From Gemmatimonadota bacterium (GTDB taxonomy: Bacteria > Gemmatimonadota > Gemmatimonadetes > Gemmatimonadales > GWC2-71-9): a stretch of 64,000 nt of DNA. The position numbers were made by a program, and so were the translations under genes. The DNA lies in the NCBI GenBank assembly GCA_036679645.1, contig JAZDCY010000042.1, positions 116,992 through 180,991 on the forward strand, read 5' to 3'. The notes beneath the pieces are model-generated. The model was not told the origin of the DNA and ran no database searches. It saw nothing but the letters and a program-made list of their open reading frames with translations. Of the stretch, positions 9,675 through 19,443 are shown one piece after another. Every line of letters starts with the position of its first letter. Position 1 is the first letter of the stretch.

Positions 9675-11171
9675 ATGGGCCCTCACCCCTCAATCACGGC
9701 TGTGGTTGTCGCACGGAGAGACTCCGTGCCTGACCACCTTCGTGACCTCGCCACCTCATGCCATGCCCTCGGCATAGAGCTCGTCGTGGTCGGAGTCGCC
9801 GATCGCGCGGTCACTCACACCGTGGAGCAGTTGTCACCCGCGGTGCGCGCGGTCGCGGCGCCCGGGAGCGCCACGGCCGCCGAGCTGCGCCGTATCGGAC
9901 TCGCGAGTACCGACGCCGACATCATCGCCTTTGTCGACACAACACCGGCCGGCGCGATACGCCGGCTGGAGGCTCTTGTTCTTGCCACTCGAGGCGGGGG
10001 GGATACCCCGAACCCCAAGGCCGAACCATTCCTCTCGGTGACCGTCCCTGCACATGGCTGCGCGGAGACTCTCCCCCGCTGCCTGCGTGCCTTGCGGGCG
10101 TCTGACCTCGCACCCGCTCAGTGGGAACTTGTCGTAGTCGATGACGCCAGCACCGACGAAACCGAACTGGTGGCAGCCGAGTATGCCGACACGGTCGTGC
10201 GGCTGGCTGGCAACCCCTACGGGCCGGCCTACGCCCGGAATCGCGGCGCAGACGTGAGCCGCGGCACGGCCCTCGTTTTTGTGGACTCGGACGTCGTCGT
10301 TCATCCCGATGCCCTGTCACGGTGCGCCGAGCGGTTGTCCACCGACTCCGAAGTGAGCGCCGTGTTCGGTTGCTACGATATGGCGCCGGAGGCACCCGGC
10401 CTCTTATCAAAATACCGCAACCTGCTTCATCACTACGTACATCAGGCGAACGCGGGCCCGGCCGAAACGTTTTGGGCCGGTCTGGGTGCCGTTCGCCGAG
10501 GCGTGTTCCAGGCGGTCGGCGGATTTGACGAGTGGCACTACTCCCGACCTCAGATTGAGGACATCGAGTTGGGAAGAAGACTCCGGCGCGCCGGCCGGAC
10601 CATCGTACTCGACCCAAGCATCCAGGGCACACACCTCAAGCGATGGACGCTTGGGCGCATGCTCGCGACCGACTTCAAGAGCCGCGGCGTACCCTGGATG
10701 TGGCTGCTACTCCACGAGGGCCCGTCACCGGGTTCGGCAGCGCTCAACCTGCGCCGTACGCAGCGGTGGTGCGTCGTGCTTGCCGGGCTGGTCATCCTGG
10801 CGGCCGTCGCATCTCTGAAGTATGGATGGTTGGCGCTCGGAGTAGCGGGGGTCGCCGGCATCGCCATCCTGATGTTGAACCACCAGTTCTACATGTTTCT
10901 CAGGAAGCGACTTGGCCTGCTGTCGACGCTCGCTTGCATCCCACTACACTTTGCCTACTTTGTCGTCGCCCTGCTATCGTCAGGATCGGGGTGGATCATG
11001 CAGGTCTTCCTCGGGGAGCCCGCACCTTCTCCGGAGCGAGAGGCCTTCGCGCAGGTGGGCTTCAAGACATGGCCGCCCCCGCTAGCACAGCGGTCAACCA
11101 TGTGGCGCGCGCCTACCCCTCGAGATCCCGACGCGCCCGTGCGGCGGTCCGCCGTCTCCAATCCGGAATAG
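9675..11171 (+). CDS. GT2 glycosyltransferase with an extra degenerate N-terminal GT2-like domain and C-terminal TMs
   Basis: LSVTVPAH, VVVDDASTD, GPAYARNRG, VFVDSD, GGFDE, IEDIELG. Confidence 0.9.
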   Translation: MGPHPSITAVVVARRDSVPDHLRDLATSCHALGIELVVVGVADRAVTHTVEQLSPAVRAVAAPGSATAAELRRIGLASTDADIIAFVDTTPAGAIRRLEALVLATRGGGDTPNPKAEPFLSVTVPAHGCAETLPRCLRALRASDLAPAQWELVVVDDASTDETELVAAEYADTVVRLAGNPYGPAYARNRGADVSRGTALVFVDSDVVVHPDALSRCAERLSTDSEVSAVFGCYDMAPEAPGLLSKYRNLLHHYVHQANAGPAETFWAGLGAVRRGVFQAVGGFDEWHYSRPQIEDIELGRRLRRAGRTIVLDPSIQGTHLKRWTLGRMLATDFKSRGVPWMWLLLHEGPSPGSAALNLRRTQRWCVVLAGLVILAAVASLKYGWLALGVAGVAGIAILMLNHQFYMFLRKRLGLLSTLACIPLHFAYFVVALLSSGSGWIMQVFLGEPAPSPEREAFAQVGFKTWPPPLAQRSTMWRAPTPRDPDAPVRRSAVSNPE

Positions 11172-11204
11172 CGACCAGAGCGGAGTGCTGAGCCCTGGCC
11201 ACCA

Positions 11205-12731
11205 ATGAGCGAGTCCACCTTGCCCCGTTCGGTTACGCCACTGCGCTCGGGTGATCATACCGTCGTGATTGGGGGCGGCCCGGCCGGACTCACGGCGGCC
11301 TATTTGCTTGCGAAGGACGGCAACGCGGTAACCGTGCTCGAGGCAGACGATCAGCTTGGGGGCATCTCCCGCACCGCTGAGTACAAAGGGTATCGCTTCG
11401 ATATCGGGGGCCACAGGTTCTTTACGAAGGTCAAGCCCGTTGAGGACTTGTGGCAGGAGATCCTTGGCTCCGAGTTCATCCAGGTCCCCCGTCTTTCGCG
11501 CATCTTCTACAATGGGACGTTCTTCGACTACCCGCTCAAGGCTATCAATGCACTGCGCGGACTGGGACTCTGGAACGCCATCCGCATCGTTGCGAGTTAT
11601 CTGCATGCGCACTACCACCCAAGCGAGGTGGAGGAAAACTTCGAGCAGTGGGTCACGAACCGTTTTGGGAAGCGTCTCTATGAAATCTTCTTCAAGACCT
11701 ATACGGAAAAAGTGTGGGGCATCCCCTGCACAGAGATTCGTGCGGAATGGGCCGCGCAGCGTATCCAGGGCCTCTCGCTTGCCAAGGCCATTCTGTCCGC
11801 CACTTCCCTCACAAAGCGGTCAACCAAGATCAAGAGCCTCATCAACGAGTTCCAGTATCCTCGGCTGGGACCGGGCCAGATGTGGGAACGCTGCGCCGAG
11901 TTGATCACCGAGCGAGGCGGCTGCGTCCGCATGGGTCACTACGTGACTGGTCTGGAGATGGCCGACGGCCGTGTTCGGGCGGCACAGGTATCCACCTCCG
12001 ACGGCGAGCAACGCATAACAGGAGATCACTTCATCTCGACGATGCCCGTTCGGTCACTGGTGCGCGCCCTCGACGGGACGCCATCGGAAGTCCGTCAGGC
12101 GGCCGAGGGACTCCGCTACCGGGATTTTCTCGTCGTTGCCCTTATCATCGATCAGGCTGATCTGTTCCCCGACAATTGGATATACATCCACACGTCCGGT
12201 GTCCAGGTCGGACGGATCCAGAACTTCGGCAACTGGAGCAAGGCGATGGTCCCGACTCCGGGTCACAGTTGTCTGGGGCTCGAGTACTTCTGCTTCAAAG
12301 GCGACGGTTTGTGGGAGATGCCGGACGCGGATCTGATTGCACTGGCCACTCAGGAACTCGCGACTCTGCGGTTGGCTGACCCCACGAGAGTCGTCGATGG
12401 AACGGTCGTCCGAATGCCGAAGGCCTATCCCATCTACGACGGCTCCTACCGTGAGCATCTCGACCGCGTGCGCTCCTATGTCGATGACATTCCCAACTTG
12501 CACCCTGTCGGCCGCAACGGGATGCACAAGTACAACAACCAGGATCACTCGATGCTCACTGCTATGATGACAATCTGGAATATGCGGGGCGCGCAGCACG
12601 ACGTGTGGGCGGTCAACACCGACTTCGAATATCACGAGGAGCAGCGTCTGGAGGAGCCTGCGGGACCATCCCAAGCCGGGGCCTCGGCTGCGGGGAACGG
12701 GCCGGCGTCCCATGAGCAGCGAAATGACTGA
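11205..12731 (+). CDS. FAD-dependent oxidoreductase (HemY/UDP-galactopyranose mutase-like superfamily)
   Basis: VIGGGPAGLTAA, GGISRT, FDIGGHRFF, YTEKVWG, YPRLGPGQMW, GRNGMHKYNNQDHSM. Confidence 0.85.
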   Translation: MSESTLPRSVTPLRSGDHTVVIGGGPAGLTAAYLLAKDGNAVTVLEADDQLGGISRTAEYKGYRFDIGGHRFFTKVKPVEDLWQEILGSEFIQVPRLSRIFYNGTFFDYPLKAINALRGLGLWNAIRIVASYLHAHYHPSEVEENFEQWVTNRFGKRLYEIFFKTYTEKVWGIPCTEIRAEWAAQRIQGLSLAKAILSATSLTKRSTKIKSLINEFQYPRLGPGQMWERCAELITERGGCVRMGHYVTGLEMADGRVRAAQVSTSDGEQRITGDHFISTMPVRSLVRALDGTPSEVRQAAEGLRYRDFLVVALIIDQADLFPDNWIYIHTSGVQVGRIQNFGNWSKAMVPTPGHSCLGLEYFCFKGDGLWEMPDADLIALATQELATLRLADPTRVVDGTVVRMPKAYPIYDGSYREHLDRVRSYVDDIPNLHPVGRNGMHKYNNQDHSMLTAMMTIWNMRGAQHDVWAVNTDFEYHEEQRLEEPAGPSQAGASAAGNGPASHEQRND

Positions 12732-13077
12732 GCCTCTACCGCACGAACTCCGGCTCGCCTTTGCACCACTGCACAAACGGGCGTTCGGCATGGCGGTGGG
12801 TGCGGCCGCTGCGATCGTCGTGTTTGGGGCGACAGCCGTGTACCTGCTCCGGGACCCGCAACCCGGCTTCGACTTGGGTCTGCTGGCAGAGTATTTCTAC
12901 GGCTATACGGTCTCCTGGCTTGGCGCGTTCGTGGGAGCGGCGTGGGCCTTCGTAGCCGGATTCGCCGCGGGTTGGTTCGCGGCCTTTTGCCACAATCTCG
13001 TGATTGCCGTGTCGCTGTTCATCGGCCGGACCCGCGAAGAGCTGCGGGCCAATCGCGACTTCCTGGACCACATCTGA
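12712..13077 (+). CDS. Small membrane protein, paralog of 26829-27140
   Basis: Two to three hydrophobic segments; LGLLAEYFYGYTVSWLGAFVG motif; may start at ATG 12724. Confidence 0.75.
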   Translation: MSSEMTEPLPHELRLAFAPLHKRAFGMAVGAAAAIVVFGATAVYLLRDPQPGFDLGLLAEYFYGYTVSWLGAFVGAAWAFVAGFAAGWFAAFCHNLVIAVSLFIGRTREELRANRDFLDHI

Positions 13078-13216
13078 TCCAGCAGCCCATGCGGCGCCCA
13101 CCAGGGCCCCTCAGACCGATCCGTACCACAGGTAAGCACATGTCATATAAGGTGATACGACACCAACTTTCAAAAATGTGGCGCGTCGAACGCTCAAGTC
13201 AGCCAAGGACCGTTGT

Positions 13217-14281
13217 ATGAGCACAACAGTCGGGAGATCTGCGCGGTCTTCCTGGCTGCTGCCGGTGATCGTGGTCCTCATTACCACGGTCACACTCGTG
13301 CCCCAATTGCACCAAGCGACGTCTCCTCTTGGGTGCTTGCTCTGCGGGGAAGAAGGCCTTTCCGATGCCATCCGGAACGTCATTCTCTTCGCCCCTTTGG
13401 GAATCGCCTTGGCGGCGCGCGGCATGAAACTGTTCACCGCGCTGCTGTTCGGGGCGGCGTTTTCCATCGGCGTCGAGGGGGCGCAGTTCTTCAGGCTGCT
13501 CCAAGCTTCCCTGCCCCGGAGCCGCTACTTCGGACAGTGGACTCCCAAACTGCGTCACCTGGAGTGGTATCACGGGACGGTGCTGGACGCGTCGGTCGGC
13601 GGCACCCCGATCCCTTCCTGGGAAATCGGTCCCTCGGCCGCGGTCCGCTCGTCGTTGCTGGACGGGGCCACCGTGCTCGTGCACGCGATCGCGGGACCAC
13701 CCGTCCCCGCCCTCGGCTCTCTGTTCAGCATCACCGATCACCGACAGCGGGGCATCTTGCTAATCGGACCCAACCAGGACGACCTCGTCTTCCAGGTACG
13801 TCCGCGCGCCGCCGATGTTCTGCTGGATCACCCCAGCAGACGATTCCGTGGCGCGATGGACGGGGTCCATCCCGGTGACACGATCGTCGTTGTGGTGAGC
13901 GGCTCCGATGACGCGATCTGCATCGCGCTGAACAATCGGCAGGACTGCAATGTTGGCTTCTCTGCCGGCGTGGGGTGGACGTTCATCCAGAACATCTCCG
14001 CGCTGCCATCATGGGCCGAGAAAGCGATGAACGCGCTCTGGACCATGCTGCTCATGCTACCCTACGCATTTTGGGTCAGACGCGGGTGGCACGGCATCGT
14101 TGGAGCCGTCGTGATCCTCCTTGCCTTATCACTGGCTCCTGTCTTCGTACACCTCGAGCCGATGCGACCCGCGGTGTGGGCGGGCGCGATCATGGGCCTC
14201 ACCCTCGGGCGGTTCCTCCAGAAACTGACGGCCCAATCGCAGCAACGGACCGCGTTGCCTGGCGGAAGCTCAGAATCATAG
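13217..14281 (+). CDS. VanZ-like membrane protein with periplasmic domain
   Basis: CLLCG..GLSDAIRNVILFAPLG and SIGVEGAQ are VanZ-like; C-terminal half is paralogous to 1-428. Confidence 0.7.
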   Translation: MSTTVGRSARSSWLLPVIVVLITTVTLVPQLHQATSPLGCLLCGEEGLSDAIRNVILFAPLGIALAARGMKLFTALLFGAAFSIGVEGAQFFRLLQASLPRSRYFGQWTPKLRHLEWYHGTVLDASVGGTPIPSWEIGPSAAVRSSLLDGATVLVHAIAGPPVPALGSLFSITDHRQRGILLIGPNQDDLVFQVRPRAADVLLDHPSRRFRGAMDGVHPGDTIVVVVSGSDDAICIALNNRQDCNVGFSAGVGWTFIQNISALPSWAEKAMNALWTMLLMLPYAFWVRRGWHGIVGAVVILLALSLAPVFVHLEPMRPAVWAGAIMGLTLGRFLQKLTAQSQQRTALPGGSSES

Positions 14282-14282
14282 G

Positions 14283-15164
14283 ATGAGCGACCCTCCGGAG
14301 CTATCCGTCGTCATCGCCTGCGACCATTCCGGCCACACCCTCCCGCGCACGCTCCGGTCGGTTGCGGAGTCGCTGACGGGAGTAGCTGGCGAGGTTCTGC
14401 TGGTCTACCGTGGCGACGAGCCACCACACGGGCACACGGTCGCCGGGGAGAATGCTCGATACGTCACGGCGCCCGCGGACGCCTCCGTACCAGTGCTGTG
14501 GGCTCGTGGCATCAAGGCAGCCACCGGCGAAGTCGTGGCACTTACAACGGGACACTTCGAGGTGAGTCGGACCTGGGCACGTGCCTTGCTCTCCGAGGTC
14601 CGCACGGGCGCCGTCGGCGCGAGCGGCCCCATTCGACTCGAGGCACACACGGACGTGGTGAGTCGGGCAGTCTATTTCACACGCTACTCGAGCTTCATGA
14701 ATCCGCCCGAGGGACCCGCTCACGAGATTCCTGGAGACAACGCAGCGTATGCTCGAAGTGCGCTAGTGCGGCACGCAAGCACATTCGCGAGGGGGTTCTG
14801 GGAGGTCGAGTTCCACCGCCGTATCCGCGCCGAGGGGGGGAGCTTGACATTTACAAACGACGCCTCGGCCCAGATTGGCCTGTCCTACCGTTTCGGGCCG
14901 TTCTTCCGCCAACGATTTCACCACGGCCGGCACTACGGAGCGTACCGCGTCCGACACCGCACACCACGGTGGCGCGTCGCCGGCGTGGCGCCGTTGGTCC
15001 CTCTTGTTCTGGTTGCGCGGATCTTCCTGCGCGCCGTACGCGTTCCCGGAACCCGCATTGCCGCCCTGTCGGCGCTCCCCGCTCTCATCCCTTTTACGAT
15101 TGCGTGGGCAGCGGGCGAGGCAATCGGTGCGCTGGCCGGCACCGGCGAGCCAGGTTTCGCATGA
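14283..15164 (+). CDS. GT2-like protein (atypical, TTGH at the DxD position)
   Basis: LSVVIAC, GEVVALTTGH, PGDNAAY, GFWE, RFHHGRHYG, C-terminal TMs ending WAAGEAIG. Confidence 0.75.
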   Translation: MSDPPELSVVIACDHSGHTLPRTLRSVAESLTGVAGEVLLVYRGDEPPHGHTVAGENARYVTAPADASVPVLWARGIKAATGEVVALTTGHFEVSRTWARALLSEVRTGAVGASGPIRLEAHTDVVSRAVYFTRYSSFMNPPEGPAHEIPGDNAAYARSALVRHASTFARGFWEVEFHRRIRAEGGSLTFTNDASAQIGLSYRFGPFFRQRFHHGRHYGAYRVRHRTPRWRVAGVAPLVPLVLVARIFLRAVRVPGTRIAALSALPALIPFTIAWAAGEAIGALAGTGEPGFA

Positions 15165-16072
15165 CTGCACCCGATCCCACCCGCGATGGGTCGGGGACGC
15201 CCGTCGTATCGGTGGTGGTGGCGTCCTTTCGCGCTGAGAAGCTGCTGAACAGTTGTCTCGACTCCCTCCTGCAGCAATGCGCGGACTTAGGCGCCGAACT
15301 ACTCGTTGCGCGCGCCGGAACCGTGGGCCTCGCGCCACTACAGGAACGCTGGCCTACCGTTCGGTTCATTGCCGCGCCAGCGGGGAGTTCGATCCCCGAG
15401 TTACGCGGGATCGGTCTGGAGGCAGCGCTTGGTGACGTGGTCGCGCTGACCGAAGACCACTGCGTCGCGTCGCCTGACTGGCTGCGCGTGCTGGTCGGGG
15501 CAGCCGATCATGTTGACGCCGTCGGTGGAGCGATGGACAACGCACAGCGGACGCGTGTGTTGGATTGGGCTGCGTTTTTTTCCGAGTACGGCTTCTTCGC
15601 AAAAGGCGCCGGCACCGGGTCCCGCCCGCTGATCACTGGCGCGAACGTTGCGTACCGACGTAGCGTGGTTGGGGACGTGGCGGCGATGGCGCGGCGTGGC
15701 GAGTGGGAGAACGTCGTCCACGACCACTTGATCGCGGCGGGACACGCACTGGCCTTCGTCGAGGGGGCTGCAGTTTCCCAGAACCAGAACTACCATTTTG
15801 GGAGTTTTTGCATCGACCGGTTCGTGCACGGGCGTGACTACGCCCGCCGACGTCTAGTTACCGAGGGCCCAATGCGACGACGCTGGTGGCGCGTCCTCAC
15901 GTCTCCCGTTCTCCCCATCATTCTGACGGCGCGCATCGCGCGCGTCATCGGCCAATCACAGCAAGCCGCCTTCCGACGTGCCCTACCTTTCACGTTCGTC
16001 TTCCTCGCCGCCTGGGGTGTCGGAGAAGCCGTCGGGTACGTGCTCGGTCCACGAGGACAGGCGGTTCCATGA
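15161..16072 (+). CDS. GT2-like glycosyltransferase (EDH motif)
   Basis: ATGA overlap; VSVVVAS, GDVVALTEDHC, GGAMDN, WAAFFSEY, GANVAY, WGVGEAVG. Confidence 0.8.
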   Translation: MTAPDPTRDGSGTPVVSVVVASFRAEKLLNSCLDSLLQQCADLGAELLVARAGTVGLAPLQERWPTVRFIAAPAGSSIPELRGIGLEAALGDVVALTEDHCVASPDWLRVLVGAADHVDAVGGAMDNAQRTRVLDWAAFFSEYGFFAKGAGTGSRPLITGANVAYRRSVVGDVAAMARRGEWENVVHDHLIAAGHALAFVEGAAVSQNQNYHFGSFCIDRFVHGRDYARRRLVTEGPMRRRWWRVLTSPVLPIILTARIARVIGQSQQAAFRRALPFTFVFLAAWGVGEAVGYVLGPRGQAVP

Positions 16073-16965
16073 CCGATGGGCCCGACCTCTCGATCATCAT
16101 TCCATCGGTCAATGGATGGTGCGACCTCGCGGGGTGCCTCGAGGCGTGCACGGCGCAACTGGGTCCCGGACGGGTTGAGGTCGTTGTCGCCGACCGTGTG
16201 GGTAATTCGGTTCGCACGCGGCTGCGGAAGCGATTCCCGCAGGTTCGCCTACTCGAGGCGCCACCTGGGACGACCATCCCCGCGCTGCGCGGCATGGGCG
16301 TACGCGCTGCACGCGGTCGGGTAGTCGGCGTGATCGAGGACCACATCATCGTACCCGAGGATTGGGCGGAACGCATGCTCGCCGCGCATCGCGCGGGTGC
16401 TCTGGTAGTTGGTGGAGCGGTCGACAACGCGGCGCGCGAAACCATCACGGATTGGGCGGCCTTCCTATGTGAGTATAGCCACTGCCTTGTACCGCCGAGC
16501 GGACCGGCCGACTGGCTGGTGGGCAACAACGTCACGTATCAGCGAGACGTGCTGCAGCGCTTCATATCGGTCTTCGACGATGAGCGCTGGGAGAACGACC
16601 TGCACGATGCCATGCGTCGTGATGGCATCGTACTCGTGAGCCACCCAGAGATCCGCGTGGGACACAAGAAACACTACCGCGCGACGGAATACCTGAGCCA
16701 GCGCTATCTCTACTCCCGGGCGTTCGCTGGCTTGCGCTTCGCCAAGGCGAGCGCGTTGCGCCGCGCCGTGTTCGGCATCGCTGCGCTGGCCTTGCCCCCT
16801 GTCCTCTTCTATCGCATCGTGTCCCGCGTGTGGCGCAGCGGGCGCTACCGCCGCGAGCTCGTTAGGTCCCTTCCGCTGTTGCTTCCCTTCGTGCTCGCGT
16901 GGACGAGCGGAGAGATCGTTGGCTCATGGTTCGGTCCGAATGACGCGCTCTCCCGGGTCTGTTGA
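16069..16965 (+). CDS. GT2-like glycosyltransferase (EDH motif)
   Basis: ATGA overlap; LSIIIPS, VGVIEDHI, GGAVDN, WAAFLCEY, GNNVTY, WTSGEIVG. Confidence 0.8.
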   Translation: MTDGPDLSIIIPSVNGWCDLAGCLEACTAQLGPGRVEVVVADRVGNSVRTRLRKRFPQVRLLEAPPGTTIPALRGMGVRAARGRVVGVIEDHIIVPEDWAERMLAAHRAGALVVGGAVDNAARETITDWAAFLCEYSHCLVPPSGPADWLVGNNVTYQRDVLQRFISVFDDERWENDLHDAMRRDGIVLVSHPEIRVGHKKHYRATEYLSQRYLYSRAFAGLRFAKASALRRAVFGIAALALPPVLFYRIVSRVWRSGRYRRELVRSLPLLLPFVLAWTSGEIVGSWFGPNDALSRVC

Positions 16966-17005
16966 CGTGACGGAGGAGGCAGCCTCCCAGAGGAGGTGAC
17001 TCGCC

Positions 17006-18184
17006 ATGCGAATCGGGATCGATCTGTCTTGCTGGGCGAATGAGCGTGGATATGGCCGGTACGTCCGCGAACTCGTACCGACCATGATTGGTTCGGCACC
17101 GACAGACGAGTTCGTCGGCTACATCGATGCGCCATCGCGGGATCTCTTCGAGTTCGAAGCACCTAACCTGGAGATTGTCGAAGTCCCACAACGTGCTCCG
17201 CCCACCGTTGCGGCCAGCACCGACGGGAGCCGGTCACCCATCGACATGTTGCGCTTCACCCAGGCCGTGTGGCGGACCGCACCGAGCGTATTCTTTTCGC
17301 CGTCCGTGTATACGTACTTCCCGCTTCCCCCCCGGCAACGTGCGGTCGTCGCCGTCCACGACGCCATCGCGGAACGTTTTCCGCACCTCACACTCCCATC
17401 GAGACGGGCTCGTTGGTTCTGGAACGCGAAGGTTCGCCTCGCGCTGTGGCAATGTCGCCTCGTGATTACCGTGTCCGAGTTCGCCGCGGACGAACTCGAG
17501 GCGGTGCTCCGGATTCCGCGCTCGCGCATCCGTGTGACACTCGAGGCACCGGCGCCCGCGTACCGACCGAGCGAAGGCGCGCAGGACATCGCCGCTGCGG
17601 CCGGGCGCGCCGGTCTCCCCCAGGGAGCCAAATGGTTCGTGTACGTCGGTGGATTCAATCCGCACAAGAACGTCGACGGCATCGTACGGGCCTACGCCGC
17701 GGCAGTTGCCGAGCTGCCCGATCCGGCTCCGTACCTCCTCCTCGTCGGATCCACGAGCCGGAACGTCTTCTTCGGAAATACGAAAGCGATTCGAGCCGTG
17801 GTGGCGGAGTACAACCTCGAGGCACAGGTCCTTTGGACCGGATTCGTTCCGGACGACGAGCTCCGGCACTTGTTGTCGGGGGCGATCGCCCTCGTCATGT
17901 TCTCGGAGAGCGAAGGATTCGGCCTCCCCGCCATCGAGGCGGCTGCGTGCGGAACGCCGGTCATCGCGCCTACAGCGAGCCCGCTCCCGCAACTTCTCGC
18001 CGGCGGCGGGGTTTTCGTCGAGCCACGTGACTTGTCGGCTCTACAAACTGGCATGACGATGCTCGCGACTGCGCCCGATCGCCGACAGGCGCTCGCGAGC
18101 GCGGCGCTCGCGGGAGCACGCCGCCTATCGTGGCGAGCCTCGGCGGCCCGGGCACTCGACGCGTTGAGGGAGGCGGCGGCATGA
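17006..18184 (+). CDS. GT4 glycosyltransferase
   Basis: MRIGID, YVGGFNPHKN, SEGFGLPAIEAAACGTPV; GGAGG RBS. Confidence 0.92.
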   Translation: MRIGIDLSCWANERGYGRYVRELVPTMIGSAPTDEFVGYIDAPSRDLFEFEAPNLEIVEVPQRAPPTVAASTDGSRSPIDMLRFTQAVWRTAPSVFFSPSVYTYFPLPPRQRAVVAVHDAIAERFPHLTLPSRRARWFWNAKVRLALWQCRLVITVSEFAADELEAVLRIPRSRIRVTLEAPAPAYRPSEGAQDIAAAAGRAGLPQGAKWFVYVGGFNPHKNVDGIVRAYAAAVAELPDPAPYLLLVGSTSRNVFFGNTKAIRAVVAEYNLEAQVLWTGFVPDDELRHLLSGAIALVMFSESEGFGLPAIEAAACGTPVIAPTASPLPQLLAGGGVFVEPRDLSALQTGMTMLATAPDRRQALASAALAGARRLSWRASAARALDALREAAA

Positions 18185-19443
18185 ACGCGTTGCGGTTCTG
18201 CATGATCACCACGTTCTACCCGCCCTACAACTTCGGCGGTGACGGCATTGGGGTGCAGCGCCTGTCACAGGCGCTCGTTCGTCGCGGACATCAGGTCACC
18301 GTCGTGCACAACGCGAGCGCCTATCATCTGCTGAGCAATGGGGTGGCGCCCGAACCGCCCCAGCCAGACGGAGTCGAGGTAGTGTCACTCGAGCACCGGT
18401 TGGGACGAGCCGCGGCACTGCTGGACCACCAGTCGGGCCGGCCCCTCGTACACGGCCGGCGCCTCAAACGGCTGCTGGAGTCGGGTGGGTACGACGTGAT
18501 CAACTTCCACAACATCTCGCTCGCCGGTGGGCCGGGCGTACTCGGGCTGGGCAACGCCATCAAGCTCTACATGGCGCACGAGCACTGGCTCATCTGTCCG
18601 TCCCACGTCTTGTGGCGTCATGGCCGAGAAGTTTGCACCGGGCGCGAGTGCCTCCGCTGCGTCCTGCATTATCGGCGCCCGCCGCAGATGTGGCGATACA
18701 CCGGGTTTCTGGAGCGGCAGCTCAGCTACGTGGACACGTTCATCGCGATGTCCGAGTTCAGTCGCGCGAAGCATCGTGAATTCGGTTTCCCGCGCCCCAT
18801 GGAGGTACTACCCTACTTCCTACCTGACGAAACGCAACCCGATTCGATCGACGACCACCCGTCGCCGTACGAAAGGCCATACTTCCTGTTCGTCGGCCGG
18901 CTCGAGCGTATCAAAGGTGTGGAAGACGTGATCCCGATCTTCGCCGACTACGGGGATGCCGATTTCGTTATTGCGGGCGATGGAGAGCACCGTGCTGTTC
19001 TCGAGTCCCTCGCCGCCGAGAATCCCCGGATCCACTTTCTGGGACGGGTGCCGACCGACGAACTGCAGCGCTACTACCGGCACGCTATCGCGTTGATCGT
19101 TCCGTCGGTCTGCTACGAGACGTTCGGGATCATACTCATCGAAGCGTTCCGGGCCGGCGTGCCCGTTATCGCGCGCCGCATCGGCCCATTTCCGGAATTG
19201 ATCGATCGTAGCGGCGCCGGCCTATTGTTCGACGACCCCGAGCAGCTGCGTACTGCGCTCGCCCGGGTCCAACACGACATGGATGGCCGCGCCAGGCTCG
19301 CCTCGGCGGGACTACGCGCGTTTGAGCGGTATTGGTCGGAGGAGGCCGTTATGCCTCAGTACCTAGACATCGTCAAGCGGGCGGCCCAGCGGCGGGGGAA
19401 TCATCACGTCGCCGCTGCGGTCGCTGCAGAGGGCTCTGCATGA
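18181..19443 (+). CDS. GT4 glycosyltransferase with Cys cluster
   Basis: TFYPPYNFGGDG, HEHWLICP...C....CLRC, FVGRLERIKG, ETFGIILIEAF; ATGA overlap. Confidence 0.92.
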   Translation: MNALRFCMITTFYPPYNFGGDGIGVQRLSQALVRRGHQVTVVHNASAYHLLSNGVAPEPPQPDGVEVVSLEHRLGRAAALLDHQSGRPLVHGRRLKRLLESGGYDVINFHNISLAGGPGVLGLGNAIKLYMAHEHWLICPSHVLWRHGREVCTGRECLRCVLHYRRPPQMWRYTGFLERQLSYVDTFIAMSEFSRAKHREFGFPRPMEVLPYFLPDETQPDSIDDHPSPYERPYFLFVGRLERIKGVEDVIPIFADYGDADFVIAGDGEHRAVLESLAAENPRIHFLGRVPTDELQRYYRHAIALIVPSVCYETFGIILIEAFRAGVPVIARRIGPFPELIDRSGAGLLFDDPEQLRTALARVQHDMDGRARLASAGLRAFERYWSEEAVMPQYLDIVKRAAQRRGNHHVAAAVAAEGSA

